Positions 53,321-63,128 of a stretch of DNA of 64,000 nucleotides are shown piece by piece. This DNA is from a bacterium. GTDB lineage: Bacteria > Hydrothermota > Tepidihabitantia > Tepidihabitantales > Tepidihabitantaceae. How positions within the stretch are numbered: position 1 is the stretch's first letter; each line of letters starts with the position of its first letter. The notes beneath the pieces are model-generated. The model did not search any database. It was not told the origin of the DNA and saw only the letters and a program-made list of their open reading frames with translations. Position numbers and translations under genes: made by a program. The DNA is taken from positions 83,393 through 147,392 of the forward strand of contig DATJQV010000075.1 of NCBI GenBank assembly GCA_035505375.1, written 5' to 3'.

Positions 53321-54724
53321 CTATCTCGCCTTCACAACGCGCAGGGAACCACCACGTTCATCGCCCGACCTGATGAAGTACACCGCCGGCAAAAGTCCTT
53401 CGCCGATTCGATTGCCCCGGTACGCTCCAACCATCTTTCCGGAAGCGTCGTAGACCTCGAACCGGTCGCCGTCGTGTCCGGGAATTCTGGTAGAAGAGAC
53501 GAACGGGTTTGGCACGGCCACGATTCTGGTCGCGCCTCTCATCTCTCGGCTCACGGCTGGCTCAGCCACGCCCGCATGTCCGTTCGCATCCGTCTTGATG
53601 AGCCAGACATCACACCAGTCGGTCTCAGATGACGTGGTCCCTGCGACGATGTAGCCGCCGTCCGAGGTTTGCCGGACAGAGGTGCTCCAATCGTCGCCCG
53701 TCGTACCCCAGGTTCTGGTCCAGAGGGTGTCCCCGAGGCTATCCGTTTTGACGAGGTAGACATCCTCGACGCCCGCCCCGAAGGAGCTTGTGTACCCTGT
53801 GACGATGTAGCCGCGGTCCGAGGTCTGCTGGACACAGTAACCCCCATCCGAGGAACTCCCTCCATAGGTCCTGGTCCAGGCGGTATCCCCCGAAGCTCTG
53901 GTCTTGACGAGATAGACGTCATCTCTGCCTGCTCCATAGGAGTTAGTGGATCCCGCGACGACATAGCCTCCGTCCGAAGTCTGCTGGACTGAGTAGACAT
54001 ACTCAACGCTGCTTCCTCCATAAGTCCTGGTCCAGACGGTATCCCCCGAGGCATTCGTCTTGACAAGGTAAGCATCATCCTCACCTGCTCCGAAGGAGGA
54101 CGTGGACCCCGCGACGATATAGCCTCCGTCCGAGGTCTGCTGGACGGAGTAACCGTAATCATCGCCATTCCCTCCGTATGTCCTGGTCCAGAGAGTATCT
54201 CCGAAGCTATCCGTCTTGACAAGGTAGAAGTCATATTCGCGTAGCCCGGCGGCCCAGGTGTATCCCGCGATGATGTAGCCGCGGTCCGACGTCTGCTGGA
54301 CGGAGTAGCCCTCGTCGTCGCCCGTCCCGCCATAGGTTCTGGTCCAAAGGGTATCCCCGGAGGCATTTGTCTTGATCAGGTAGACATCATTGCTGTCTGC
54401 GCCAAAGGAGTTGGTGTATCCCGCGACGATGAAGCCCCCATCCGAGGTCTGCTGAACAGAGTAGCCGAAATCACCGCCCGACCCTCCGTAGGTCCTGGTC
54501 CAGAGGGTATCCCCGGTGTCTTTGGTCTTGATCAGGTACACAGCAGTATCGTGTCCACCGGATGAAGTCGTCCATCCCGTTGCGATGTAGCCCCCGTCCG
54601 ATGTTTGCCGGACGGCCTCGCCGATGTTCGCTTCCGGCCCTCCGTAGGTCTTGGTCCAATTCTGCTGGGCCTGGCCGAACGACGCAAGGAGCAAGACAAG
54701 AAGGACAGCACTTACGGTTCTCAT
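53321..54724 (-). CDS. SBBP beta-propeller repeat protein with C-terminal T9SS sorting domain
   Basis: Signal peptide. Eight tandem ~48-aa repeats (TYGGxxxDxGYSVQQTSDGGYIVAGYTxSFGAGxxDVYLIKTxxxGDTLWTR). C-terminal tail RFEVYDASGKMV...AVYFIRSG. Confidence 0.7.
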   Translation of the reverse strand: MRTVSAVLLVLLLASFGQAQQNWTKTYGGPEANIGEAVRQTSDGGYIATGWTTSSGGHDTAVYLIKTKDTGDTLWTRTYGGSGGDFGYSVQQTSDGGFIVAGYTNSFGADSNDVYLIKTNASGDTLWTRTYGGTGDDEGYSVQQTSDRGYIIAGYTWAAGLREYDFYLVKTDSFGDTLWTRTYGGNGDDYGYSVQQTSDGGYIVAGSTSSFGAGEDDAYLVKTNASGDTVWTRTYGGSSVEYVYSVQQTSDGGYVVAGSTNSYGAGRDDVYLVKTRASGDTAWTRTYGGSSSDGGYCVQQTSDRGYIVTGYTSSFGAGVEDVYLVKTDSLGDTLWTRTWGTTGDDWSTSVRQTSDGGYIVAGTTSSETDWCDVWLIKTDANGHAGVAEPAVSREMRGATRIVAVPNPFVSSTRIPGHDGDRFEVYDASGKMVGAYRGNRIGEGLLPAVYFIRSGDERGGSLRVVKAR

Positions 54725-55318
54725 CTGAAAACCTTCCTTTCATTTGCGGACGGTTGTGAAGATGCCTTACTCGACACTCTACATGGCCACCACGCGGACT
54801 TTAGAATCTTGCCCGGAAACGCAGGCTGTGTCAATTCCTTTCCCGGGATTGTCGCTGCGGAGCGGGGATTTCCTGGCTTGGTGCAGAAAGGAGGGAAGGC
54901 ACCTTGGCCGGACTGCGGGCTCTCCTGGCTCACCTCGTTCCTTCCACAACTCGGACTTCGTCACCCGAGGTCCGTACAGTCCATGCACCGGTATGTCCAA
55001 GGCGCCGTCGGCGGTCATCATCGTCTCGACCTGCCACGTTGGCCCGGATGATTGTACAACGTTGACCTCTGAGGTCCCTGTCGGACGGCGCATCGCCTGC
55101 CGGCGCTGGACTCTTTCCTTCCGGGGAACGAATAACGATGTACGATGCAACGATGAACGATACACGCCGCGCCGCGCTCTTGCCAGCAGGCCACGCGCCC
55201 GCCCACGTTCCTGTTAGTGCAACACGGGTTTGATGCGTGCTTTCGTGGTTTCAATATCGGTTCTGGGGATGCGATGGAGGGCTTGCCTTGCGCTGCGGCG
55301 TGCATACACTCACACACG

Positions 55319-56122
55319 ATGCCGGTGGCCCATGGACTCGCACGCCTGAGCGCGACCATCGCTCTGGCGGCATCGCTCGCGCTCGCCTACTCGGACTACG
55401 AAGGCTACTCGGGAGCACCCGGGACGCTCGGGGCGTGCGCGGGCTCCTGCCACGGCACCCTCGACGGCAGCATGACTGTCACCGGATTCCCCGTGCAGTA
55501 CGTGCCCGGACAAGCCTATACAATCCGGCTGGGACACGACAGTGGCCCGGCGATCTGGAACTTCAATGCCTCGGCCCGAATTGGGACCGGCTCGCAGACC
55601 GCGGGCGTGATTTCGGCCGGCCTTTACACCGAAACCTACTCAGTCCCGACCGAATCGAACGGCGTGCACATGCCGACCTACGGCTACGACACGTGCAGCT
55701 TCGTCTGGACCGCGCCGTCTCCGGGCGTCGGCGACGTCCGGCTATATGTCGCCGGACATCAGGACCACACCACCGGCCCGAACACCACGCTCGTCCTCTT
55801 ATCGAACGAGGCTGCCGGGGTCAGGAGTCGGGCCGAGCCGCTACCGGTCGTGCGTTTCCGGGTGGAACCGACCGTCACGTCCGGGCCGGTCTCCTTCCAT
55901 TTCAGCAGCCCGAAGCCGGGTCCGGTTGTCATCCACGTCACCGATGCAACGGGTCGCATCCTGGCCTCATTCTCGACGGACCGGTGCGCCGCGGGCGAGC
56001 AGCTCCTGGTCTGGCCTGCCCTGGACTCAAGGGGAAGGCGGCTGCCGGCAGGATCCTACCTGGTCCGCGCGAGATTCGGCGGCCAATTGCTTGTCAGAAA
56101 TATCGTGCTCAAAGGTCGCTGA
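55319..56122 (+). CDS. secreted hypothetical protein with C-terminal T9SS sorting domain
   Basis: Start at ATG 55319 with a signal peptide. C-terminal tail PVVIHVTDATGRILASF...GSYLVRARFG. A CX3CH motif (CAGSCHG) of unknown significance. Confidence 0.5.
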   Translation: MPVAHGLARLSATIALAASLALAYSDYEGYSGAPGTLGACAGSCHGTLDGSMTVTGFPVQYVPGQAYTIRLGHDSGPAIWNFNASARIGTGSQTAGVISAGLYTETYSVPTESNGVHMPTYGYDTCSFVWTAPSPGVGDVRLYVAGHQDHTTGPNTTLVLLSNEAAGVRSRAEPLPVVRFRVEPTVTSGPVSFHFSSPKPGPVVIHVTDATGRILASFSTDRCAAGEQLLVWPALDSRGRRLPAGSYLVRARFGGQLLVRNIVLKGR

Positions 56123-56296
56123 ACGCCCTTCGCGGCAGCACCGTCGCCGCACCACAAGCGACAGCTTTAGCGGAATGCCCTCAGCGAGAAGGCGCAGCCG
56201 CGTCAATCGCGGACCTTGGGTTCTGGCTGCCTGCACTGCGACGTATCGCTCAACTGGCCGGGCGGAATTGAGTTCTGCCTTGCCGGAACCCGTTCG

Positions 56297-58816
56297 TTAC
56301 TGCCCTGACACCACCAGTTTCTTGTGGATGCGGTCGGACTTGTCACCGTGCACATAGTCGAGCACGTACTCGTACGTGCCGGGCGCTACGTGCCGGCCAT
56401 TGTCATTGGTTCCGTCCCACGGCACGATATGAACTCCGGCTGCCATGTCCTTTGTCGCCTGCACCCGACACACTCGCTCACCTGCTCGCGTGTAAACAGT
56501 CAGACTCACTTTGCCATCGTCCGGCAGGCCGATGACAAACGAGGTGCTGGTGCTGAATGGATTCGGGAAGTTGTGGACGGAGAAGCCCGGCACGAGGGTC
56601 AGGTTCAAGACGGCTGTGTCAGCTACAAGCGTGTCATTGCCCAGGTGCCCGGCTATCAGGAATGTCCTTTGAGCAAGCGAGGCCGTGTCGCCAATCAAAC
56701 CAGAGGGCGCCGTCACGTCGAGCGAGAACCAGCATGACTCGCCCGGCGCTACGTAGCCAAGGTCAGGTATTCCGTCACCATCCGTATCGGTCAGGTCGTT
56801 CGCACCGGTCGCGTTGCAGAGCCGAACGTCCCAGCCCGCCGGCGCAGATGGCCGTGCCAGCTCCACGATGCCTCCGGCATCCCCCTCCCTTCTGTTCCCT
56901 CCCCCTACAAGGGGGAGGGAGAGGGTGAGGGTGTCGCCTTGAACCAGAGCATAGAACCTATACGTCTTCTCTTGTCCGGCCTTGAGCTGGTCAGACTGGT
57001 CCGGCCCAACCTGTAACGACTGCGGGAACGTCCGCACCGAGGAGATGACCTTGTCGTTGGCACGATTCATGTCATTCGCCAGCATCGTCGAGCAACTGAC
57101 CGCCCATTGGCCCGGCGGCGCTATCCATTCTGAGAATGTCAGGTCCATGGTGGAGTCAGGCGAGAGCGCCTGCGTTACAGTCACCGTCTTGCTGTAGCTC
57201 GTACCGATGCGAAACTGTACGCCGAAGAGTCGCTCGGCGGTGTTTCCGAAGTTCTTGATTCTCACCTTCGGCATCACGGTGTCGCCGGCTCGCAGTATGC
57301 CGGGTGGTGCAAGAATCGCGACCGCCCCGACATCATGCCTCGGCGGGCCTTTCACCTGAATCGAGGTCCTGATGGTATCGTTGGCCGGTATTTGGTCACC
57401 CGCCAGCGATGTGAAACACGTCACTGGAAGGGAACCTACAGTACCTGCAGTCCACGCCGGAAACGTTAACGTGTCCTGCGGTACGGAGTTCAGTGTTTCC
57501 TGCACTGTCTGGGAGTAGTCCGAGCCAATCGTCATGGTCACCTGCAATACCGACCCCGAAGTCAGGCCGTAGTTGCGGACTACCACGCGCGGTGAATACG
57601 AGTTGCCGGAGTCCGCGACTGCGGGCGGGGACAGAAGCGCGGCCGGGCCAACGTCAAGCTCGCCATTGGTCTTGATGAGGTAGAATTCAGCGCCCGCATC
57701 GAAAGGCTTGGTATAGCCTGTGACCACGAAGCCGCCGTCAGAAGTCAGCTGGATGGAGTAGCCCTTTTCGTTGCTTCTTCCCCCGCCGTAAGTTCTGGTC
57801 CAGAGCGTATCGCCTTGAGCGTCAGTCTTGATGAGATAGACATCAATAGTCCTGGCAGCATAGAAGGTCTGGGTGAAGCCGGCGACGATGTAGCCGCCGT
57901 CAGCGGTCTGTCGGGCCGAGTAGCCCATTGCCTGGCCCGAGTCGGCATAGACCCTGGTCCAAAGCGTGTCGCCAAGGGCGTTGGTCTTGATGAGATAGAC
58001 AGCAGCTGCGCCAAACGAACTCGTCCTCCCGCCTACGATGTAGCCACCATCCGACGTTTGCTGGACCGAGTGGCCCTGTTCGACGCTCCCCCCGCCGTAG
58101 GTTCTGGTCCAAAGCGTATCACCTTGAGCGTCAGTTTTGATGAGCCAGACATCATCAGCGCCTGCACCAAACGAATAGGTTCGCGCACAGACGACATAGC
58201 CACCGTCGGTAGTCTGCTGGACAGCGTAACCCTCGTCCGCATTCGATCCTCCATAGGTTCTGGTCCAGAGCGTATCGCCTCGAGCATTCGTTTTGATGAG
58301 ATAGACATCATTATCTCCCGCACCGAACGACTGGGTGACGCCTGCGAGGACATAGCCCCCATCAGTGGTCTGTTGGACCGAGAGGCCCATTTCAGGCCAT
58401 GGCCCGCCGTAGGTTCTGGTCCAGAGCGTATCGCCCTGAGCGTCGGTCTTCACGAGATAGCAGTCACCACGACCTGCACCGAAGGATTCGGTAAAGCCCG
58501 TGATGATGTAGCCGCCGTCATTGGTCTGCTCGACTGAGTAGCCTTCTTCTCTGCCTGTCCCACCGTAGGTTCTGGTCCAAAGTGTATCGCCCTGAGCGTT
58601 GGTCTTGATGAGGTAGAAATCCTCATCCCCAGCGCCGAAGGAATTAGTGGTCCCAGCTATGATATACCCGCCCTCCGAAGTCTGTTGGACCGAACTGACA
58701 AAGTCAACAATAGCCCCGCCGTAGGTTCTTGCCCAGTTCGTCTGGGCAGAGGCAATTGAAGCGAGGCAGCCAGCGGACAGCAGGACGCTGACCACCAGCA
58801 AGACGCCGGTCCTCAT
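56297..58816 (-). CDS. SBBP beta-propeller repeats + CARDB-like domains + C-terminal T9SS sorting domain protein
   Basis: Start placed at ATG 58816, where the signal peptide MRTGVLLVVSVLLSAG begins. Seven SBBP repeats, then two CARDB-like modules, then a sorting tail. Confidence 0.65.
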   Translation of the reverse strand: MRTGVLLVVSVLLSAGCLASIASAQTNWARTYGGAIVDFVSSVQQTSEGGYIIAGTTNSFGAGDEDFYLIKTNAQGDTLWTRTYGGTGREEGYSVEQTNDGGYIITGFTESFGAGRGDCYLVKTDAQGDTLWTRTYGGPWPEMGLSVQQTTDGGYVLAGVTQSFGAGDNDVYLIKTNARGDTLWTRTYGGSNADEGYAVQQTTDGGYVVCARTYSFGAGADDVWLIKTDAQGDTLWTRTYGGGSVEQGHSVQQTSDGGYIVGGRTSSFGAAAVYLIKTNALGDTLWTRVYADSGQAMGYSARQTADGGYIVAGFTQTFYAARTIDVYLIKTDAQGDTLWTRTYGGGRSNEKGYSIQLTSDGGFVVTGYTKPFDAGAEFYLIKTNGELDVGPAALLSPPAVADSGNSYSPRVVVRNYGLTSGSVLQVTMTIGSDYSQTVQETLNSVPQDTLTFPAWTAGTVGSLPVTCFTSLAGDQIPANDTIRTSIQVKGPPRHDVGAVAILAPPGILRAGDTVMPKVRIKNFGNTAERLFGVQFRIGTSYSKTVTVTQALSPDSTMDLTFSEWIAPPGQWAVSCSTMLANDMNRANDKVISSVRTFPQSLQVGPDQSDQLKAGQEKTYRFYALVQGDTLTLSLPLVGGGNRREGDAGGIVELARPSAPAGWDVRLCNATGANDLTDTDGDGIPDLGYVAPGESCWFSLDVTAPSGLIGDTASLAQRTFLIAGHLGNDTLVADTAVLNLTLVPGFSVHNFPNPFSTSTSFVIGLPDDGKVSLTVYTRAGERVCRVQATKDMAAGVHIVPWDGTNDNGRHVAPGTYEYVLDYVHGDKSDRIHKKLVVSGQ

Positions 58817-59289
58817 AGCGTGATTGTAAGATTCATGGGCGGCCATGTCAAATCGGCGGGTCGGACGGCCAACAGCTAACGGCTCACGTCCGGAGGCTTC
58901 GGCGGCAGTTACATCTGATGCAAGTAAAAGGCCAGAAACCAAGAGCCGGCAATAATAGGGACGCTACCCATTTTCGGGACGTCCCGGCGACGTGGCAGGT
59001 GATTCCTGACGCGCGGGCGCGCGAATCGCCGATAGTGGCCAACAGGTTACAGCCGACGAGAGGCAGCCATCGGCGGGCGTGAACTCACGTCCGTGCGGAT
59101 GAGACGAATTCGTATCATTCATCAGGAGCGGGTCCTTGAGGTTATCTGCTTGCGGTCTCAGGCGTTAGGCTTGTAGCTCACGAATCGATTCCCCCGCCCG
59201 GGGGATAGTAGACAGGATTCAGTAGACAGTAGACAGGGAGGTTACCTCCACCGCAATTCTGGGATGAACCTCCACCGGAATTCGACGGG

Positions 59290-59470
59290 TTGGTCTACCG
59301 GTTGCTCTCCGGTTAGCTTCCCCGGTTAGTCTACCCGTTGCTCCACCGGTTCCTCTCCGGGTTGGTCGGAGCGTTGCGGCCCGAGTAGCTCCGCGGGTTG
59401 CTCTCCGCGTTGGTCCCGGAGTAGCTCAGGCCGTTGCTCGCCGAATTGCTCGGAGAATTGCCTCCGGAGT
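59290..59470. repeat. imperfect tandem repeat, ~12-nt unit (CCGGTTGCTCTC-like), ~15 copies
   Basis: Periodic (c)cggttgctc(t/c)cc variants. No spacer-like unique inserts, so not CRISPR. Confidence 0.5.
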
Positions 59471-59620
59471 TCCTCTGTCCGCCGACGCATCGTGAGGCCC
59501 GAGAGTCGGGGTCGAACCATCAGGGAGCGCGCCGGACGCATTCAGAATGCAGAATTGCCAACAACTGTGAACGAGCGTGGCGGCTGAAGCCAGGTTCGCG
59601 ACACACCGTCTGGGCGCGGC

Positions 59621-60391
59621 TTGACGCAGAGCGGAGAAATCTCTAGTCTTAGCGCCATGAATCGCCGCCAGCGGGTCCGCAGCGGGCTCTTAATCGTCTC
59701 TTTCTTTCTGTTCCCGGTGACGTTCTATTATCTGTCGCCGGCTATCTCGACTTTCGGGGCGTTTCAGGGCGTCGTTACGGGCGCGCTCTTGCTCTTCGGC
59801 CTGCAGTTCGTCTCCGCGTTCGTGCTGGGCCGGGCGTGGTGCGGCTGGGCATGCCCGAGCGGCGGCATGCAGGAGGCTTGTTTCCGCGCACGCGACCGGC
59901 GTGTTGCCGGTGGGCGCTGGAACTGGATGAAGTTCTTCATCTGGGTGCCCTGGCTCGGCAACCTCGTCTTCACCTTTGCCCGCTTCGGCTTGAAGCGCGT
60001 GGACCCGTTCTTCATGACCACGCACGGGTTCTCGCTGGGCAGCCTGCCGGGGATTGTCACTTATGTTCCCACCCTGGGCTTTCTGGTCCTGCTGCCTGCA
60101 CTGGTCATCGGCCGGCGCGCGTTCTGCCACTACGAATGCTGGATGGCGCCGTTCATGATCATCGGTCGCAGTCTCGGTCGTGTCCTTCGCATTCCGACGC
60201 TGCACATGAAGGCCGACTCCGCGAAGTGCGCCGGTTGCGGGACGTGCACGCGCGTATGCCCGATGAGCCTCGAAGTCCAGCCGATGGTGGCGCGCGGCAA
60301 GATTATCTCGAGCGAGTGCATCAATTGCGGCGTTTGCGCGGACAACTGTCCGAACAAGGCAATCGCCTTCACGTTCGGGCGAGAGAAGTAA
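59621..60391 (+). CDS. NapH/MauN-family membrane-bound 4Fe-4S ferredoxin (polyferredoxin)
   Basis: Four TM helices. Conserved CGWACP motif. Two C-terminal CxxCxxCxxxCP clusters (CAGCGTCTRVCP, CINCGVCADNCP). Confidence 0.8.
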   Translation: MTQSGEISSLSAMNRRQRVRSGLLIVSFFLFPVTFYYLSPAISTFGAFQGVVTGALLLFGLQFVSAFVLGRAWCGWACPSGGMQEACFRARDRRVAGGRWNWMKFFIWVPWLGNLVFTFARFGLKRVDPFFMTTHGFSLGSLPGIVTYVPTLGFLVLLPALVIGRRAFCHYECWMAPFMIIGRSLGRVLRIPTLHMKADSAKCAGCGTCTRVCPMSLEVQPMVARGKIISSECINCGVCADNCPNKAIAFTFGREK

Positions 60392-60396
60392 CAACC

Positions 60397-60500
60397 GGGG
60401 CCCGGACAATTCAGAGTCCAGAGACCAGAATCCAGAATGCAGAATTGGGATGGCGAAGCCGGAGCATCTGTGTTTATCCGTGTTCATCTGTGGTCAATCC
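60397..60500. repeat. MITE-like repeat copy between the napH-like gene and the downstream gene
   Basis: CAATTCAGAGTCCAGAGACCAGAATCCAGAATGCAGAATTGG ... ATCCGTGTTCATCTGTGGTCAATCC. The same modules occur at 3953-4140. Confidence 0.55.
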
Positions 60501-60635
60501 TGGTTGTGCTGCCTCGGGTTGACGACCGGAAACGGCCATCTACAATTATCCATGGCTGAGGCGCCGACGCCGAATTCTCCGGCGCAGCCGGCGCGCCATC
60601 AGCGACGTTGGTCTTACCGAAACAGAGGAGGCAGA

Positions 60636-62417
60636 GTGAAGAGTCTGTGTTTGCTTGCGCTGCTGGTCCCGGCGATGGTGCTCGGCACCCAGCGCGTGAT
60701 GGTGGTCGAGGAGCTGACCCGGGCCGGGGGCTGACCGTACTGTCCAGGCGCGGCCCGTGGGGTCTGCGAACTCGCGTCAGCGGCGTTCGATTCGGTAGTG
60801 TGCATCGCCTATCACTCCGGTGATGCGTATGCGAATACGGCGGCGGCGGCCCGGTACTCCTACTATGGCGAAAGCGGCACGCCGTACGTTCACCTGGACG
60901 GCGACTCCGAGGTCGTCGGCGGCATTACCAACGGCACGATGTACCCGGTGTACCGGGCGTACTTCGATACGCGCAAGAGCGTACCCAGTCCGCTCGAAAT
61001 CGACCTGACCTGCACTTACGATTCTGCTTCGCGGCAGGGGAACCTCGGGATAAAGCTGAAGAACACGACCGGCACAGCGGTGACCGGGCAGTTGCAGGTC
61101 GCGCTCTGCGAGAGCCACATCCACTACGTCTGGTACGGGCTCGACAGCCTGTACCACGTAGAGCGCAACATGCTTCCCGATGCCAACGGCGAGGCGGTGA
61201 CAATCCCGGCCAACGACTCGATAACGAAGGCCAGGAATTTCACCATCGACGCGGCGTGGGTGGCGCGGAACTGCAACCTCGTCGTCTTCGTGCAGGACAA
61301 TTCGACCAAGGCGATGTACCAGGGCGCGAGCATCGGCGTCTACCAGGTGCCGGCGCTGGACTATCGCGGGTATCAGGCCGCGTACGCCGAGCCGGGAGCG
61401 AACGTCAACCTCACGGTCGGGCTCGTGAACCGTGGCACGGGACTGGCGGACTCGGTGAGCGCGGTGCTCTCGACAACCGACCCGGATATCAACGTGACCG
61501 CGCCGAACGCGCTGTTCGGCTCGATTACGCTCGGAAAGGACGGCTATTCGCTGACGCCGTTCATCATCCATGTCGACAGCTCGCATGCGGACAACAGCCT
61601 GGTGACGATGAATCTCGCGGTCTCCGGTGCGAACGGCTACGCGGGCAGCGTGAGTTTCCCGCTGCTGGTCACGACCAACCGCGGGTTCTCGGACGACATG
61701 GAGCGTGGAACGAACGGCTGGACCCACTCGGGAACAAGTGACAACTGGCATCAAACCACACATCGGAGCCAGTCGCCGTCGTCGAGCTGGTACTGCGGTG
61801 CGGAGGGTTCGTGGCAGTACACCATCGAGAACGACGCGCGGCTGGTGACTCCGTACTTCGTGTCGGGCGATTCGGCCCGGCTTTCGTTCGACCACTGGTA
61901 TGACGTCGAGCAGGACTACGATTTCTGCATGCCGGAAATCAACAACGGCTCGCAGTTCTGGGTCCCGCTGGCGAGCTACACCGGAACGAGTACGAACTGG
62001 CAACACGTGCAGATCCCGCTCGCTGCCTGGTCGGGCCAGACCGTCAGGGTCGGGTTCAGATTCCTGTCCGACGGCGGCGTGAACGGAGAGGGTTGGTACC
62101 TCGACAACCTGCTGTTCGAGCCCTACCACGCGGGCGTGACCGAACCGGCACCGGGCGAGCCGGTCCGTAGCGCGAAGCTCGAAGTCCGAAGCCCGGCCCA
62201 ACGAACGGCGACGGTCAGCTATGCGATTCCGCCCGGAGCTTACGCGCGGCTTGCCGTCTACGACGTGAACGGCAGGCTGCTGTCGGTGATAGCCAACCGG
62301 CTCACCGGCTCGGGACGGGCGAATTGGAGTCTGGCCGGAGTTGAAGCCGGTGCGTACTTCATCCGTCTGACAGATGGCAAGTCGAGCAAGGTCGCCAAGG
62401 TCGTAGTGGCGAGATAG
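60636..62417 (+). CDS. candidate selenoprotein: signal peptide - thioredoxin-fold-like U-P-Y-C motif (in-frame UGA at 60732-60734) - CARDB/MAM-like domains - C-terminal T9SS sorting domain
   Basis: GAGGAG RBS, 5-nt spacer, then GTG 60636. The N-terminus MKSLCLLALLVPAMVLG is a signal peptide. The in-frame TGA is followed by P-Y-C, giving a CPYC-type redox motif with Sec in place of the first Cys. The reading frame then continues unbroken into the 539-aa ORF 60798-62417. That ORF lacks any signal peptide of its own but ends in a Sec-dependent T9SS sorting domain. A hairpin at 60749-60768 lies 15 nt downstream of the UGA. Confidence 0.45.
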
Positions 62418-62441
62418 CGAGCAGAGGTTCTAGACAGTGCA

Positions 62442-62470
62442 GGGGCGCGATTCCGCGCCCCTGTCGCTTT
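62442..62470 (+). terminator. GC hairpin + T-rich terminator
   Basis: GGGGCGCG-ATTC-CGCGCCCC followed by TGTCGCTTT. Confidence 0.55.
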
Positions 62471-62485
62471 ATGGCCCGGCCGTGG

Positions 62486-63058
62486 TCAGTCCGTCGTCTC
62501 CGCAGGCAGTGCGTTGAGCGAGTCGATGTAAGCCTGAGTCAGGCCGGTCGAGTCGGTGACCATGTACACCGCCCGCTGGACAATCCACATGTTGCTTCCG
62601 CTTGAGATGTCTTTGTGCTGGACCAGGCCGACGATTTGCAGCAGGTCGGAGTTGTCGGTCACCGGGCCGATGTCGAAGGTGTCGCCGGCGTCGGGCGACG
62701 GCCGGTTCTTGTTACAGCAGAAGACGCCGAGCAGCACGGTGCTCCCGGCAGTGTCGGCGGCGACCGACTGCGGTTTCAGCAGCAGCATATGCTGGGTGTT
62801 GTTGACCCGGCGCTTGAGCAGGAGCCCGGCCGGCAGCACATCGGTCGCGGTGCCCGAAGACCGCGACGCGATGGTCATGCCCATCGTGAACGGCCCGTAT
62901 GGGCTCAGGTCCGGGCTGCCGGTAATCGAGATGACGTTGATATTCGAATTGATGTTGAACTGGGTGCCGGACGGCTGGAACTCGTTCGTCAGCAGTTGGT
63001 CACAGGCAAGAAACAGCAGAGCCAGCGCAATCGCGCTGCGGAAAACAAGGTTCTTCAT
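62486..63058 (-). CDS. hypothetical lipoprotein
   Basis: Start at internal ATG 63058. Signal peptide MKNLVFRSAIALALLFLAC with lipobox. Confidence 0.45.
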   Translation of the reverse strand: MKNLVFRSAIALALLFLACDQLLTNEFQPSGTQFNINSNINVISITGSPDLSPYGPFTMGMTIASRSSGTATDVLPAGLLLKRRVNNTQHMLLLKPQSVAADTAGSTVLLGVFCCNKNRPSPDAGDTFDIGPVTDNSDLLQIVGLVQHKDISSGSNMWIVQRAVYMVTDSTGLTQAYIDSLNALPAETTD

Positions 63059-63128
63059 AGCGTCCTTTCGACGGGAGGAATGGGACGAACCGGACATATA
63101 GGACTTATAGGACATACAGGGCGGATTG

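Noticed and set aside
55426-55460. CAGSCHG (CX3CH) in the 55319-56122 protein as a heme-binding site
   Set aside because: It is a single occurrence and is not the canonical CXXCH. There are no cytochrome maturation genes or other heme motifs nearby. It is only noted in the feature evidence.
59480-59560. GGTTCGACC-containing segment resembling a tRNA T-arm on the minus strand
   Set aside because: I could not build a cloverleaf with acceptor, D and anticodon stems around it. It is probably chance similarity.
60450-60635. ATG 60450 as the start of the selenoprotein candidate (N-terminus MAKPEHLCLSVFICG...)
   Set aside because: This stretch is encoded by a MITE copy and has no RBS. The GTG at 60636, with GAGGAG at optimal spacing, yields a proper signal peptide and is the preferred start.
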